Shown here: positions 1-14,164 of the stretch, in pieces
Layout: every line of letters starts with the position of its first letter
Position numbering within the stretch: position 1 is the stretch's first letter
NCBI GenBank assembly: GCA_951406725.2
Contig: OX597820.1
Coordinates: forward strand, 120,280,001 to 120,344,000
Source of the DNA: Octopus vulgaris
Taxonomy: Eukaryota
Direction: 5' to 3'
DNA: 64,000 nucleotides
Notes under the pieces: model-generated
What the model saw: the letters and a program-made list of their open reading frames with translations, nothing else
Databases searched by the model: none
Told to the model about the DNA's origin: nothing
Translations under genes and position numbers: made by a program

Positions 1-56
1 GAAGAAGAAGAAGAAGAAGTAGAAGAAGAAGAAGAAGAAAAAGAAGAAGAAGAAGA
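1..56. repeat. (GAA)n microsatellite
   Basis: Direct reading. Confidence 0.95.
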
Positions 57-1083
57 ATTACTCCTAGTAATTATTTATTTTCTTGCAGTCTTTACAAAAG
101 CAGGATCCACATTTTGGGTCTCGAATGCGCAATATAAGTGGGCAACGTAACACGGAATATTTCAATCTGCGGTCGTTTATTTATTTATCCAATTTATAAA
201 ATAGACAGACATTGATTATATCGTTCTAGATTTGATGGATTGAATCCATCACAGAGGTGACTAGGAAGTCATTTTGCATAAAGGGTTTTCAGTGTTCTGT
301 CGTTGTTTCACCTACGTATGGATGTCACAAACGTATATACAAATAGCCATAACATTCATAGACATACGAGTTAAAGGAAACACCGGGAAGGAAAAGTTAT
401 CTGAAAGTAGAAAATGCAAGTAAATGCCAAGAACATGCCGAAACAATATAAATATGTGCGTAAAAGCAATCCAAAACTGTCTTCTCCTCGCAACTATATG
501 CATCTATCATATAGCATTCTCACTAGAAGCCAAATAATAAAAGTGTTGCTGACATTCAGAAAATTCTAAATATTAACCAAAGACGCAGGAGTGGGAAAAA
601 AGCAACAACTTGAAAACAATACACAATTTATACGAGAGAAAACCAAAGAACAGTGGAAATTACTTATCACAGTATGGCTTCTGACATGCTACATCTGAGA
701 AATGAGGAACCTTATGAAAGAAAAATTTCCTTGTCCTAAGGGTGCTACTTGTATATACATCTAGATAGAACTGTACAATCGTACAGGCCACCCTCTCCAC
801 ACACCCACGCACACAGTATACATACATCTCTGCAAAAATGTTCACCTTTTTGTGGAAACTATAATATTACTTAAATATAGAACTATCCTACACTATGACG
901 TATACCACCATCGTTATGTACATAACACTATATGTATGTACATAAATATAATACCCTGACTTTAGACCCGCCTTTAATATTTTGCAGTGCATTGAAGTAT
1001 TTAATACAGTTAGATTATTATATAACTATTATATATACGTAAATTATGTACGGATGACACTACCGCAACCACATACATGTGCG

Positions 1084-1119
<36 letters not shown>

Positions 1120-1317
1120 ATGAAATGGATAGATGAATTATCTTGTTACGGATTATTCAAAATTTAACCGATACCTGTGTAGCAAAAATCACACCAGAAA
1201 AGACACGGTTGAGGTTACGACCATGGGGTTTCGCCTTTGCAGCCTTTGAAACATGTGTAGAAAATAATAAAAAGGAATTTTGTAGAATCTTCGTTCGGCT
1301 CCATTTCTTCCCTTCAC

Positions 1318-1367
<50 letters not shown>

Positions 1368-1657
1368 AGAACAAAGTGTACGTATGTCGCTATATATATA
1401 CATATATACAAAATGAGACAAGAACGCAAAACACCTTGATAAATGATACAAAAATCAAGGACAGTCATTCGAAGCCTTTCATCTTCAGTCAAGGACCGGA
1501 TCATCCTCGCAATTTTGGCTGATTAATCTTGAAATTGCTCCAATCTGACCAGCCCCAAGGAAAAACTAAGCTAAGAGCATTAGATTCCTTGGAAAAAGGA
1601 TCGAATGTATACGAAACAAGGACGGAAAAACAGACGATGATACACGAATATTATTTT

Positions 1658-1693
<36 letters not shown>

Positions 1694-2804
1694 ATCTTCT
1701 CTACCACTACGAACTTTTCTCCACAAGATTTTTACCTTTACGGATACTTTACCTCTACGGATACTTACCCTCTGGCTGCACCCCTCCTACACACGGATCA
1801 CAGTGACTATACTATATATATATATATATATATATAATCTTACGTGTATGTACCTTTTCGCACATACACTCTGACATACAGACACGCACACATATATGTA
1901 CATACTTACAAAATATCGACAGCTTTGAAAGTCCTAAGGTTATATAAGTCATCAACTGAACCATTTACTAGTAGTAGTAATATATCTCAACTCACCATAA
2001 GACACGCCACAAATAAAAAAAAAAAGAATTCGAATATTTTGATATATGAATGACTTAATTTCTATTCATTGATCATTTTCGTATGAGTTGTCGATTCTCT
2101 GCAGTTTTCCTTTTTTTTTTTTTTTAAATCCAATTTTCTTGCGTTTCGATATCACAAGCATTTTTGTGTTGTAAAATATATAGTTGCAATCAATATTGCT
2201 GGTTGGTAATTATGAAAATTGTCTGGGTATGTCTGGAGCTGTGTGTACGTCTCATCCAGTTTACTCTGGTTGAGGCAAAAATCTTTAATCCAAGCACTGA
2301 AGAAAATCAATCTCAAATGATCTTATTTCAACATGTGTGATCTTTTATGGGTGTATCTGATCTCAGAAAGATATTTTCGATCAACAGAGCCAGGACTGTG
2401 TAACGAACATATCGAAATGGATCACTGCTTAACACGCAGTTTCATTTTCTCTTTTCTCTCTCTTTCTCTTCTTCTCTCTCTCACTCCTTTTCTCTTTCTC
2501 CCTTTCTCTCTCACCATCCCTCTCTCTCTCTCTCTCTCTCTTATTCTCGTTTTATTGTCGATGGCGCCCATGATAGTGTAACAGAATAAATCATATGAAT
2601 ACAATTCGAAGATTTTTTTCTTACGTCCTGAAACCAATTACATGTGAAAACATTTAAATTGTTGCGCTTCTAAACCTTTGAAAGTCCATCTTATCAATTA
2701 TTATAAAGCTTACTAATATCATTGCTGCAATCAACAATAAGAGAGTAACATCCCAACCCTGCTTCATGTAGGTCTTATCTATTGATAACTTACAATATCT
2801 CTAA

Positions 2805-3006
2805 TATTGGTTTCAGATTTTGACGCATTCCAGCAATTTCATGGTTAGGTGTTGTTCAATTGCTCAGCTTCGGCCTATTTTCTCAGCCCCGAAAGGACCA
2901 AAGGCGATATTGACTTCAACGGAATGCGAATTCAGAACGTAAATACCAATGATATTCAACCAAGCATTTTGCCCAGCGTGTTAACGGTCCCGCTTGCTCG
3001 CAGTCT
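2805..3006 (-). mobile_element. Degenerate copy of SINE family C
   Basis: Reverse complement aligns loosely with the head and core of the 52263 and 55748 copies (cgagc..., acgttctgaattc, gcctttggtcctttcgggg). Confidence 0.6.
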
Positions 3007-3204
3007 TAAATATTTGTATTGAATGAAAGCATTATTGATGAGATGTTCTATTTTTCTCTTGCGATACATTTATTACACTCACACCACAAGGAAAATGCAA
3101 CGCCTTTAGTGATTAGGGCATTGACTTAAACGATGAAGGAGATATCGGTGTGTATCTTAATCGATATAAACCCAGTAAGGGATCGAAACTTTTAGACACG
3201 TGTA

Positions 3205-3465
3205 CACTGGCTCGGGAATGTAATCTGCTTAGGGGGTGCAAACCCAGGTCCAAATATATTTACAAACAAGGTCTTTTTTTGTTATTTTTGTGTTTTGTTC
3301 TTTGAGAAGCAACCTAGCTTCAAGCTACTTTTTACACATCACCTTTTATTTACCGTTTTCTAAACCCGAGGAAAATAAGTAGGGCTGCAAATTTTGGTTC
3401 TGCACTCCGCAAAAATTCTAGGGGGTGAACTTGCACCACCTGCACCCCCTGTTCCCGGGCCCATA
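3205..3465. mobile_element. Putative hAT-type non-autonomous DNA transposon (MITE)
   Basis: Imperfect ~14-bp TIRs (cactggctcgggaa / ttcccgggcccata), internal agggggtgca motifs, 8-bp flanking duplication cacgtgta/cacgcgta (1 mismatch). Confidence 0.45.
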
Positions 3466-4662
3466 CACGCGTAAGCCGCTGCTATGAACATGTACAGTCT
3501 GTATCAAACGACAAATTTCCACCGACCGATTTAAAATATGAAGCTCATTTTTTTGATATACAGGTTATATGAAATGGAGACAATGAAGCTCACTCTTACC
3601 TGTCCAGGTGGATAAGAGCCAGACAAAGTAGACAGGTGCAAAACAAAGACACGGTGTTGTAATACGAAGCAGAGAGTAGGATGTAGCTGAAAAAGAATAT
3701 TCAGGGATTGTTATTCCGTGTTCCCCTGCCGATAATCAACTGGAATTAAACTTTTGAAAGAGGTGCAACGGAGGTTATTTGGCAAATAAGCAAATACACA
3801 CATAAAAGTGATTGGCTAATGCTTTATGAGGCTTTGAAATTCATAGAAGCTCCTTGACATAAAACTTAAACGTTGCCGAAAGAGACTTTGAAACATTCAT
3901 TTAAACTTTCTTAACTCAACGAATCGCAATACTCTCACAGGGAAAAAATTATATTTATGTCGTATATCGAAGGGAAATTAATCGTAATAAAGACTGCCAC
4001 GTTTAGAAACAAAGAATACTTTTTCTTATGTTATGAACAATACTCTAAATGGAGTCTAGGTGATGTATATTAAATTCGAATAGCCTGTCATGTTGCTTAG
4101 AGTAAGCCAAAAGTTGCAAATATTTAGATATAAATTTACATAGATTACATGGAGAAACAACTTTATGTGTGGACGGTGAATGTTAAATTTATACGCTGCC
4201 GGACTTCGGCGCAGACCCCTTCCTCAGTTTCTCTAGCACATACTCGGTCATATTACAATTAACAATAAGCCCTCCCTCCCTCTAAACACGAGCCATTACA
4301 GTTTGTAAACATTTTATGCAAAGAATCCAGAATATCTATACCTATATAACCACCCTTAAATATCTAATTTTGCTCAGCGCAACGAAAAGAATATGGAAAT
4401 GAACACAGAGACACAAAATTCTATTTATTTCCCCTAAAACAAGTTTTCTATTGATTTCTACCTATTTTTCTATGAGAAGTATTTGTGTAATATTACATAG
4501 AATGCATCAAGGTTTAACAAAATCGCAAACAAAACTTGATTAATTTCTCCTCCAGGTTAAATTGAGAGCATATTTTAATTTGTGAATTTACACTCTCTTC
4601 CTAATTTTACAGAACATTGAAAGTACACATTAACTGTTTTAGAAATAATATTAAATAAACTA

Positions 4663-4833
4663 GGCGAAGGAGTGGCTGTGTGGTAAGTTGCTTGCTTACC
4701 AACCACATGGTTCCGGGTTCAGTCCCACTGCGTGGCACCTTGGGCAAGTGTCTTCTACTATATCCTCGGGCCGACCAAAGCCTTGTGAGTGGATTTCGTA
4801 GACGGAAACTGAAAGAAGCCCGTCGTATATATG

Positions 4834-4904
<71 letters not shown>

Positions 4905-5105
4905 TTGTGTGTCTATGTTTGTCCCCCCAACATCGCTTGACAACCGATGCAGTCCCGTTAACTTAGAGGTTTGGTAAAAGGAGCCCGATAGAATAAGTAC
5001 TAGGCTTACAATGAATAAGTCCTGGGGTCTATTTGCTCGACTAAAGGCGGTGCCCCAGCATGGGCGCAGTCAAATGACTGAAACAAGTAAAAGAGTAAAA
5101 GAGAG
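4663..5105 (+). mobile_element. tRNA-derived SINE family A, full length, with internal (TA)n(TG)n tract
   Basis: Pol III A/B-box-like head (tggctgtgtggtaag...gggttcagtccc), conserved body (ggcaagtgtcttctactat...ggaaactgaaagaagcccgtcg), aaagagt-repeat tail, possible TSD taaacta; more than 10 related copies in the window. Confidence 0.9.
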
Positions 5106-5725
5106 TAAACTAATAACATATTATACTCTGATTCTCTTTATGTTGTTTAAACTAGAAATATCCAGTTGCAAAGTAAAGCTGCAATATATGAAATTTAATC
5201 CCGATTATCAACAAATATCACAATGATATTCATTAAGACATTTTCCTTTCATATTTCATTGAAATCCCATAAGCGTCACACAAAAGCATCGCTCATATAT
5301 ATAGGTACCGAGTTTAATTGGCTTAGCATATGCAGGAATAATCAAGGCTGGAATTCTTCATGTCAAGGCTGCATCCTTTGGTCCGCTGAATCAAGATGCG
5401 AATGGGAATAAACTGCGATATCAAGAATAGCGTTTAATTGTTGAGTAGTTTTTTTTGTTTTTTTTTAAGTAACTTAAAGACCAAGCCATGTCAGATGGCA
5501 AAGTGCAAATGACACCTAGTGACAACTGTGGTATTCATAAAGGTCGTTGTCAAGATTTTGAAAATTCTTTAAAGAAATCCTGATTGGATAAGGATTATTG
5601 AAATTAGCGAAAAATGTTCGTTAACATTGCTTCTGGTTCGGTGTTCATGATTACGTTACCTTTGACCTTCTAGCAGCTGTTCAAGAAGACGATGCTGTTT
5701 CCTTTATAGCATTGGTATACTAAAT

Positions 5726-6110
5726 GTGGAGGCGCAATGGCCCAGTGGTTAGGGCAGCGGACTCGCGGTCATAGGATCGCGGTTTCGGTTCCCAGACCGG
5801 GCGTTGTGATTGGTTATTGAGCGAAAACACCTAAAAGCTCCACGAGGCTCCTGCAGGGAATGGTGGTGATCCCTGCTGTACTCTTTCACCACAACTTTCT
5901 CTCACTCTTACTTCCTGTTTGTGTTGTACCTGTATTTCAAAGGGCCGGCCTTGTCACTCTCTGTGTCACGCTGAATATCCCCGAGAACTACGTTAAGGGT
6001 ACACGTGTCTGTGGAGTGCTCAGCCACTTACACGTTAATTTCACGAGCAGGCTGTTCCGTTGATCGGATCAACCGGAACCCTCGTCGTCGTAACCGACGG
6101 AGTGCTTCCT
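5726..6110 (+). mobile_element. tRNA-derived SINE family B, full length
   Basis: tRNA-like head ggcgcaatggcccagtggttaggg...ggtttcggttccc; 12-bp TSD ggtatactaaat (5714-5725 and 6113-6124); near-identical copy at 39791. Confidence 0.92.
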
Positions 6111-6840
6111 AAGGTATACTAAATATATTGATGATTTTGCTGCCGTTTGTTCTGGTATTGTCTTCCTTTTCGACATTCTTGATGTGTCCTGCTCAACACG
6201 GATATTATGAAAGCCTCCTAATCATAATTATGTTGTCTTATTCATATTAATTGAAAAAAATAATCAAGAATTATATTTTCCAATGTGCACTGCTGTTTCC
6301 TTTAAGGAGCACAAAGTTTGAGCATAGTGCATATTGGCTGTTATTTCTAGGAGGTAATACAAATGCTTGGATGAGGGGTTTTATGAAGATATATTTTTTA
6401 TTGTGGATTTTATATATTGGAGCATCAATGATTTTTGATAAGCGATTCATATTTTTTAATATTTCCTGCACGCTAATTTTGCATAACTTTGTTGGTTGTT
6501 CTGATTGGCGATCGTATTTACTTTATTTCTGTTATTGATATTCTTGATTTTCAATGTTTTTTTGTTGATATTCATGTCAAGATGTGTTAATGTTTTTAAA
6601 GGGATGTTGCAGATTACAAATTTCATAAGAGGTTCATAATAGTTGAGCTTATCATTGCAGGATTTCTGTCCGTTTTAGTAATGGAAGCGGTAAATCTATT
6701 CTCATTGCAACTGTCATCTTCAATATCACATAAAAATTAAACATTAATCAATTTAAGTATCCCTCACGGCTACACAGAGAAACATTTCACTATATTTTAA
6801 GATACCAGTGATTGAAATATATATTTCTTTTTCTAACTTC

Positions 6841-6863
6841 AGTAGTAGAAGTAGTAGTAGTAA

Positions 6864-6936
<73 letters not shown>
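6841..6936. repeat. (TAG)n microsatellite
   Basis: Direct reading. Confidence 0.95.
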
Positions 6937-6937
<1 letters not shown>

Positions 6938-6989
6938 AAGAAGAAAAATAAGAATATGTACTGACTTAGACTCCTTGGAATAGCAAAAG

Positions 6990-7462
6990 TCGGGGGATAT
7001 CAAGGTAGAGGATGTAAGTATGGCTCTCAGAACGTCAAGCAAATGGTAGTCTCCAGGAACGGATTACACATACCTAACTTCTGGTTGAATGCCTTCCCAG
7101 AGAGCCATGAACTGTTAACAAAACTTTACAACAATGTTTTGCAACAACCTTGTATGTTTCCGTCTTGGCTAGTTAATGGTGTAACATTCCTACTTCCAAA
7201 AAAAAAATGAAGAGACAAATGAACCAAAAACATGGCCTGGACACCTACCTGAAACCCATAACTTGCTCAACTACAAGGTATAAAATGCTAACATCTGTCT
7301 TGACTGAATATACCTATAGTTTTTTTAATAGAAACGTGTGTCCTATATTTGTAAAGATCAGCTACTCATCAATAAGATGATCTTGGAAGATTGTCACAAG
7401 TGGCACAAAAATCTTGTTGCTAGCCTGAATAGACTATAAAAATGCTTATGATAATCTACCAC

Positions 7463-7463
<1 letters not shown>
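6990..7463 (+). pseudogene. R4/Dong-like non-LTR retrotransposon reverse transcriptase fragment (disrupted)
   Basis: Manual translation gives KW*SPGTD..NFWLNAFPESHELL..FPSWLVNGVTFLLPK, then PITC..YKMLTSVL, CKDQLLINKMILEDC and IDYKNAYDNLPH (RT motifs) with stops and frameshifts; ends in an (AAT)n array. Confidence 0.8.
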
Positions 7464-7551
<88 letters not shown>

Positions 7552-8135
7552 CACAACAACAACAACACCGGGGACGTTTAACATGTGAGAGTGACAAACA
7601 CTGCTCCGAAATCTATCCAAAAACATCGGGAATAAAGACATCACATAGAGCGCAAAATAACTGACAAAGTGTTGACTATATCCGAGTAATTAATACACAA
7701 TGAAATTTATGTCTATATTCCAAATGAAATTATGTATTTTAACTGTGCATCATCTCTATTGCTCGCACAGCACGTGTAAACACGCTCGCCATTTTACGAT
7801 CCAATCAAAACCAGACCATCTCTGCACAAAACAATAACAATAAATTAAATAATACCTGGATTATTCAACCCAAGAGTAACTATCTGGAAATACGAACTTT
7901 AAACTTGTAACACAAAAAGTACGAAAAACTATACGTTCAAAACCAAATAAAATTTTTTAAAAAGCATAAATGGACACGTGAGGAATATATTTCGTATCCT
8001 ACACGCTTATTTTACAGCAGTGCCCTACCCATGGAGCGAAAACACCACAACATATACATATAAAATCTGGAAGAAAAATAACCAAGATAAAGACTTGGAT
8101 ATAGCAATGAACCCTAATAAAGGAGTTAACATACC

Positions 8136-8214
<79 letters not shown>

Positions 8215-8216
<2 letters not shown>

Positions 8217-8770
8217 GCCCTGATGCAGTAACAGGTACTAGCTCTCATGGCTTATGATCTTAACTTAATGGAAGTGATATTATGTACATTGTTTTGTCTT
8301 GGTATAAAAGATGGGCTGCAGTAAATATTCTGCTCAATACCACAGATTTGCTTGTCAGTTGTTTGACCTTAACCAGTTGAGCATGTCCCTTAGTGGCTGA
8401 CGATATGTGCATCTCTGATCATGAACAGAAGTAGTGGGGGAGCATCATAGCCATGTGTTGAGAGGGATTCTTTGGGGTTTGAATAATTCACCTCTGGAAA
8501 CATGGGTGGTTCTTTCAACATCCTTAAACAACCCTTATTCAGGGACCGTTTGAGCGGGATGGGCTACTCAACCTGAAGAAAATTCTAACTGGGCCCCACC
8601 TGCAAGGTCATGTGCTGTTTATCTTGATATGAGATCACCATGTCGCGCACATATGGTTGTGATGCATGTGCCTGGTGTGCCCTTATCAGACGGGTAGTCA
8701 TGATGGGTATATTGGGCTTCGTATATTTTACCCCAGTGTTACTTTGATGGCATGAACTGCTCTCTCACTC
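8215..8770 (+). mobile_element. Non-coding repeat family D embedded in (AAT)n (probable Dong-mobilised element or LINE 3' region)
   Basis: Flanked on both sides by (AAT)n; 5'-truncated copies with the same 3' end ctctctcactc(aat)n at 37072-37469 and 55976-56100. Confidence 0.75.
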
Positions 8771-8793
8771 AATAATGATAATAATAATAATTA

Positions 8794-8887
<94 letters not shown>

Positions 8888-8904
8888 CATCATCATCATC
8901 ATCA

Positions 8905-9540
8905 TGATTTTCATTAGCATCTTTCTGTATTTCCGAATTTCATTGACATTTTTCGTTTCTTGGTACAATTTCCATCGATCGACCTTTCTAAGGTTGGAAA
9001 TAATGGCGCAATCGTTCTCCTGTAGTCTTGCCTTTATTCTGTCGTAGATTGCCTTTTGTTAATCTGTCATGTCACCATTAGTTTTTAATTGTCTTCTCTT
9101 AGATTATCAAGTAATCTACCACTGCTCCTTTCCGGTTCTATGAGATTACTCTCATTAGTAAGATCTGTATTTTCATTGTCATCTCTGCTGCTATTTTCCA
9201 TGACCCGTCTTCGAGCTCTACTTCTGTGAACCAACAATTTTTTCCTATTGCCCTATCTTGCGTCTCTATTCCGTGAATTGAAACAATCCCTTTTCTCTCC
9301 TATCATACATACGCTGTCGTTAACCCGAAATTTGAGCACGATGTTCATCTACCGGGTTGCTCAGGTAGTAACACTCCATGACCACAGCATTAATTTGCTT
9401 GCTCCATCTACGCCGTGTGTGGTCGTCCCTTTCCGGATATCGACTGGCTGGAGCCGGACCAGAATCTCTGAGCCAACCGGGTGTAACACTGTCACCATCA
9501 TCGGCTTCAGTTTCATTACCACCACCATTATTCACAATAT
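8905..9540 (-). pseudogene. N-terminal ORF fragment of an R4/Dong-like LINE
   Basis: RRWSKQINAVVMECYYLSNPVD, followed in shifted frames by GLFQFTE.. and ..WFTEVELE, which I recognise as typical of the region upstream of RT in this clade; lies between (ATT)n arrays. Confidence 0.55.
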
Positions 9541-9700
9541 TTTGTTTTTTTCATTGTTACTCAAATGAGGCTGCGATTATCAGGTTGCGTAATTACCGGT
9601 GTTTTTATTGTGACACCATCACTAGATGTATCATTAATCTGCTCATGAGGAGAGAGACGAGGCTCCACCCGTTTCTTTTCATTATTATTATTATTATTAC

Positions 9701-9754
<54 letters not shown>

Positions 9755-10242
9755 CATCATCACCATCATCATCACCATCATCATCACCAATATCATTGCT
9801 ATTATTACTTTCATGTGTAGTAGCAGCAGTTGTTGCAGCAACAGTAACGTGGGTGGGTGTAGTTGTCAGGGTGGTAGTTGGGCCTCAGATTCCTGGGCTA
9901 TCATAAGAGTTGTATTTGTAGTATTATTGAAGTGTTTGTGGTATTTAGTATTAGTCGCTGCAGCATATTATTATTTTTATTTTCATCATTATCGCCATCA
10001 CCAGCACTAACATTGATTGAGGAACTAGTTAGGTAGCAGTTTGTTGAATAGATCTTATGCCACAGGTCCATAAATAGATTCGGTGGCTGGTAGGGAGGTG
10101 AGCGATAGAGACAAAGGGATCTTCGCACTCTTTGGGTCAGTTAGAGGTCAAATGTGTTTACTACTAACAGTGGCCTCTGACTACAGAGAGTGCTGCCTTG
10201 AAAAGAAGCAGTTCAGCCTGTTCTTTTTGTAATTACTGATAC

Positions 10243-10275
<33 letters not shown>

Positions 10276-10286
10276 CGACGACGACG

Positions 10287-10318
<32 letters not shown>

Positions 10319-10328
10319 AATAATAATA

Positions 10329-10382
<54 letters not shown>

Positions 10383-10430
10383 GATGATGATAATGATAAT
10401 ATATATATACACATATTATTATTATTATTA

Positions 10431-10484
<54 letters not shown>

Positions 10485-11251
10485 GGTGCAGTTGTAGTAG
10501 TAGTAGGAGGAGGAGGTGGAGGGAAGTCGGATAGAGATAGGTTGGTGGAACCAAACATGGAAAACATATCAAAACAAAATGCTGTCTAAGCTTCCAAACC
10601 CACAAACTTCTAAAAACATTCTAAATATATCCGCAAGGAAACGTACAAAATTTCTTTTCGTGCAGCTCTGGAGTGAGATGGTATAAAAGAAATCGAATTA
10701 TAGAGTGCCTGCTGTGGAGGAAATGAAAGCAAATCTCCACAAACCACATTATTCGAGACTCTTAATTATGGAGAGATCCAGGGTTTATATAACGATAGTT
10801 ATTATCTCATCTTCGAATATCACGTGATAGATTTTTCAATTCAGAACATAAAATTATGTCACGAAATACCGCCCTAGGAATTTTTGCACAGACACCATTA
10901 CATCAATAATTTCTTCTGATATAAACACAGGATGTCGAATGTGAGGATTTATATCGACACCAGAATTCGATCGGTACGCTACTTCAAAGAACTGACAAAC
11001 ATTTCCATCAACGGGCTTTGGACGAGGTCTCAGAAGTTCAGCTTCACGCTCAAGATTCCTGAAGCAGCCAAAGCCTTGATTTTGGATTCAGTTCTTAGAC
11101 CTGGCTGTGCGTTGGGTTCATGAGCAAAACATTTCATGTTGCGATGTCCTACGATCACTTCGCCGCGTAGTAAACGGTGCAGCTGTTTTAGTGACAAGTA
11201 CAAGTACTGCTGTACAATAAGCATGTAGGATTTAAATATATTCCTCAAGTG

Positions 11252-11699
11252 GGATCTTTTCGGTTTGAACGGCAGTTTTTAACATAATTTCTAGGAGGCA
11301 AAAAGATTTTAACTTCGGATACTGGTAGAATGTGTTTATAAAACATCTTTTGCTCTTGGCTTTATTGAGAAAATTCTATAGTTTGTAAGATATTTGTTGG
11401 GTTTTTTTCTTCAATTTCTGCAATTTCAACCAATCAATTACGTCCATTGAGGTAGAAAAAACATTCTGTGCCGTATGAATATGTCCCTCGTTTAAGAAAC
11501 AGATTGGGTTTATTTACATTTTTGAAGAAAAAAAGATACCTTAACCCTAATCCTAAACCTAACTGACCCTAACCCTAACCCTAACTAACCTTAACCCTAA
11601 AACAGATTGAAATGCAATAGATCGATATTAGGGTCATAATTATAGGTGACAATTTCATATGACACCGCTACAAAACTGCCGTTCAAACCGAAAAGGTCC
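11252..11699. mobile_element. Non-autonomous TIR element (family F) with internal telomere-like (CCCTAA)n
   Basis: ~28-bp TIRs ggatcttttcggtttgaacggcagtttt / aaaactgccgttcaaaccgaaaaggtcc; taaccc repeats at about 11542-11600; 18-bp flanking duplication aaatatattcctcaagtg; second copy at 26464. Confidence 0.85.
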
Positions 11700-11894
11700 A
11701 AATATATTCCTCAAGTGTCTCTTTATGCTTTTTGATTTTATTTTATAACATCTGGCCATTATTTTAACGGTCATTATTTTCGTTGGGTACCGGTGCGTTC
11801 ATTTCTGGTGTTAAATGATTTTGCACATGTAGTTTATTGGTGAACGCTTGACAAATGTTTACTGTAACTGGCAACAGAATAAGAGAGTTCGTAG

Positions 11895-12505
11895 CTTTGT
11901 GAGCCGAGGAGCGGTGACTTTGCTGAGAAACGACCCGAACAAGGGGGACTAGTTTGACAACTTTAGGCCCATAACCCTGCTGAATGCAAAGTTCAAAAGT
12001 TTGGCCATGGTATTAGCTACGAGGTTATTGCTTGTCTTTGGGGACCTGATAGAGAGGGCACAGATACGTGCCATCCCATAAACATCCATTCACCGCAACT
12101 TCCACATCGTGCAATACATCATTGAAAAAGTGGCTAAAGAAACTGGCACAGGGTTAATTTAGATCAGTCTAAAGCATTCGATAGGGTCGACCATCTATAT
12201 CTGGCGGCGGCGGTCCTCAAAGCAGCTGGTTTCGGGCCTGAATTCAGAGGCTGAATCAGTGAAATGCACAGCAACATTTTTTCAGTGGTGAGAGTGAACG
12301 GTCACTTCTCAGAGCCGTTCAACATTATGTGCTCGGTCCGGCATGGTCGTCACCTCTCGTGTCTCTTGTACGTATTGACTCTCGAGCCACTACTACACAA
12401 ACAGGAAGCGGTAAGTTGCATCCCTCGTGACCTAGGACGTGGGAGATGCGTGTCGACATATGCCAACAACGTCACCGTATTAATGTCGGATCAGGGAAAT
12501 GATCG
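11895..12505 (+). pseudogene. Tx1/L1-clade LINE reverse transcriptase fragment
   Basis: AVTLLRNDPNKGD*FDNFRPITLLNAKFKSLAMVLATRL, LDQSKAFDRVDHLYL, VRVNGHFSEPFNIMCSVRHG..LLYVLTLEPLL, YANNVTV (decayed YADD). Confidence 0.85.
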
Positions 12506-13363
12506 ACACCGTTCACTGTTCGGTTTGTTATATATACTAAAGATTGCTTTAAGCTAAATTTCTTTGCATACCGCCATCTTTGAATCATATATTTACATGT
12601 TCCTTGTGAACTCTGATTGTGTGGAAGACACGGAAATTGAGAAAATGCAATTAAACTTGTCGATTAAAGATATCCCACTCACCGACAAAACTGAGTACAC
12701 GAAACTCATTATTCACGCTACAAACGAATTTGAGTAGAGAGAGGCGTTGGAAAGCTCTCTTCTCCCTCTGCAAATCCCTCCACTCCTATTGTGCTCCTTA
12801 CACCTTCTGATCGAATCTCCCATGTGTTAACATGTACCTCGTTGCAACAATGTAAACTTTTATTTAATCAAGATACCTTTGGCGAGACGAGTAGCCAGGA
12901 TATTTACCACTTCCGAGGTTCCCCTCGCTATGAAACATGCAGCTCGGATCTTATCTACTCCATTTATTAACTGTTATGTGTGTGTGTATTGGTGTGTGTG
13001 TGTGTATTGGTGTGTGTGAGTGTGTGTGTGTCTGTGTCTGTGTGTGTACTTTTACGAAAAGGAGCGGTAGTCTCAGAGTCAAATAGAGAGCGCACTTTGG
13101 AGATTGATATGAGCAACGACGCCTCTTCACGTACGTATCACCTAGATGGTGGCACCTGCAAGCGGATAGATTCTCACATCCTTTAGAACAAGGGACCAGG
13201 AAACAATGGTGTTTCAATGGTTCTATGGACAACATCTGGACTACTCAAGCGTAGTCAACCTATTGTGTCAGATTAGCAGCGAAACTTGAGACAGTTCATC
13301 GGGGCTACACCAGAAAGTTTACATCAGTATAAATATATACATATATATATATATATATACAAC

Positions 13364-13419
<56 letters not shown>

Positions 13420-14164
13420 TTCGATATATATAAGTAGGTATGTATGTATATGTATACTAGCTGACGTACTCGGTAATTCCCAGGAAAGTGGGGCTTATCC
13501 CTTTGTTTCGTGCTCATAATTGTTTCGCTAATCCAATAACAACAGTACAGACTATGTAGCCCTTAAAACGGTTTTTGTGCATTTACAGAGAATACCGAAC
13601 TGTCTTAGACATGGTCTTGTTTTTAGGAATTTCCAATAAGTTATGAATACCCAAATTGTGAAGTCATTTATGTAATAACATGAAATTAGTTAAGCGATAG
13701 AAAGAATTCAAATAAAGTAGCCCCGAATAGGGACTTAATGCGGTACCACATTATGTAGAATATAGGAGTAAATACTCATAAGGTTTGTATACTAGAATCT
13801 TGAAGCATGTTACGTAATAACAGATTAAGGAAATATGAGATAGTAACAATTTAAAGTAAATACGTCTGAAAAGGGCTTTTATGCGTTCCCAGATAATATT
13901 ACCCTCAGGGGCGTTAGTGCTGGTATATTCGTGAGTAAGTCACCAACTTAAATAAGTGGATCTGTTGTTTAGGAAAATACTATTTACTTATTTAAGGGTT
14001 GCATTGGATACATTGTGAAAATAAATCTAACAGTTCAAGTACTAAGAAATAAGCAAACTTAAATTGACTTATACCAAAAATATTTAAGGAAATGAATGCT
14101 CCTTCTAGCATGTAAGGTGTCCTGTTAAATGACATCTCTTAAGTGTATAAATACGTAAATTGTT

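Noticed and set aside
1455-1500. Minus-strand CTGAAGA-T-GAAA hammerhead-like string in a TA-flanked repeat
   Set aside because: No complementary helix I and no proper helix II could be drawn.
11542-11600. Telomeric (CCCTAA)n suggesting a chromosome end or fusion site
   Set aside because: Short, degenerate, and an internal part of TIR element F; also present in its second copy.
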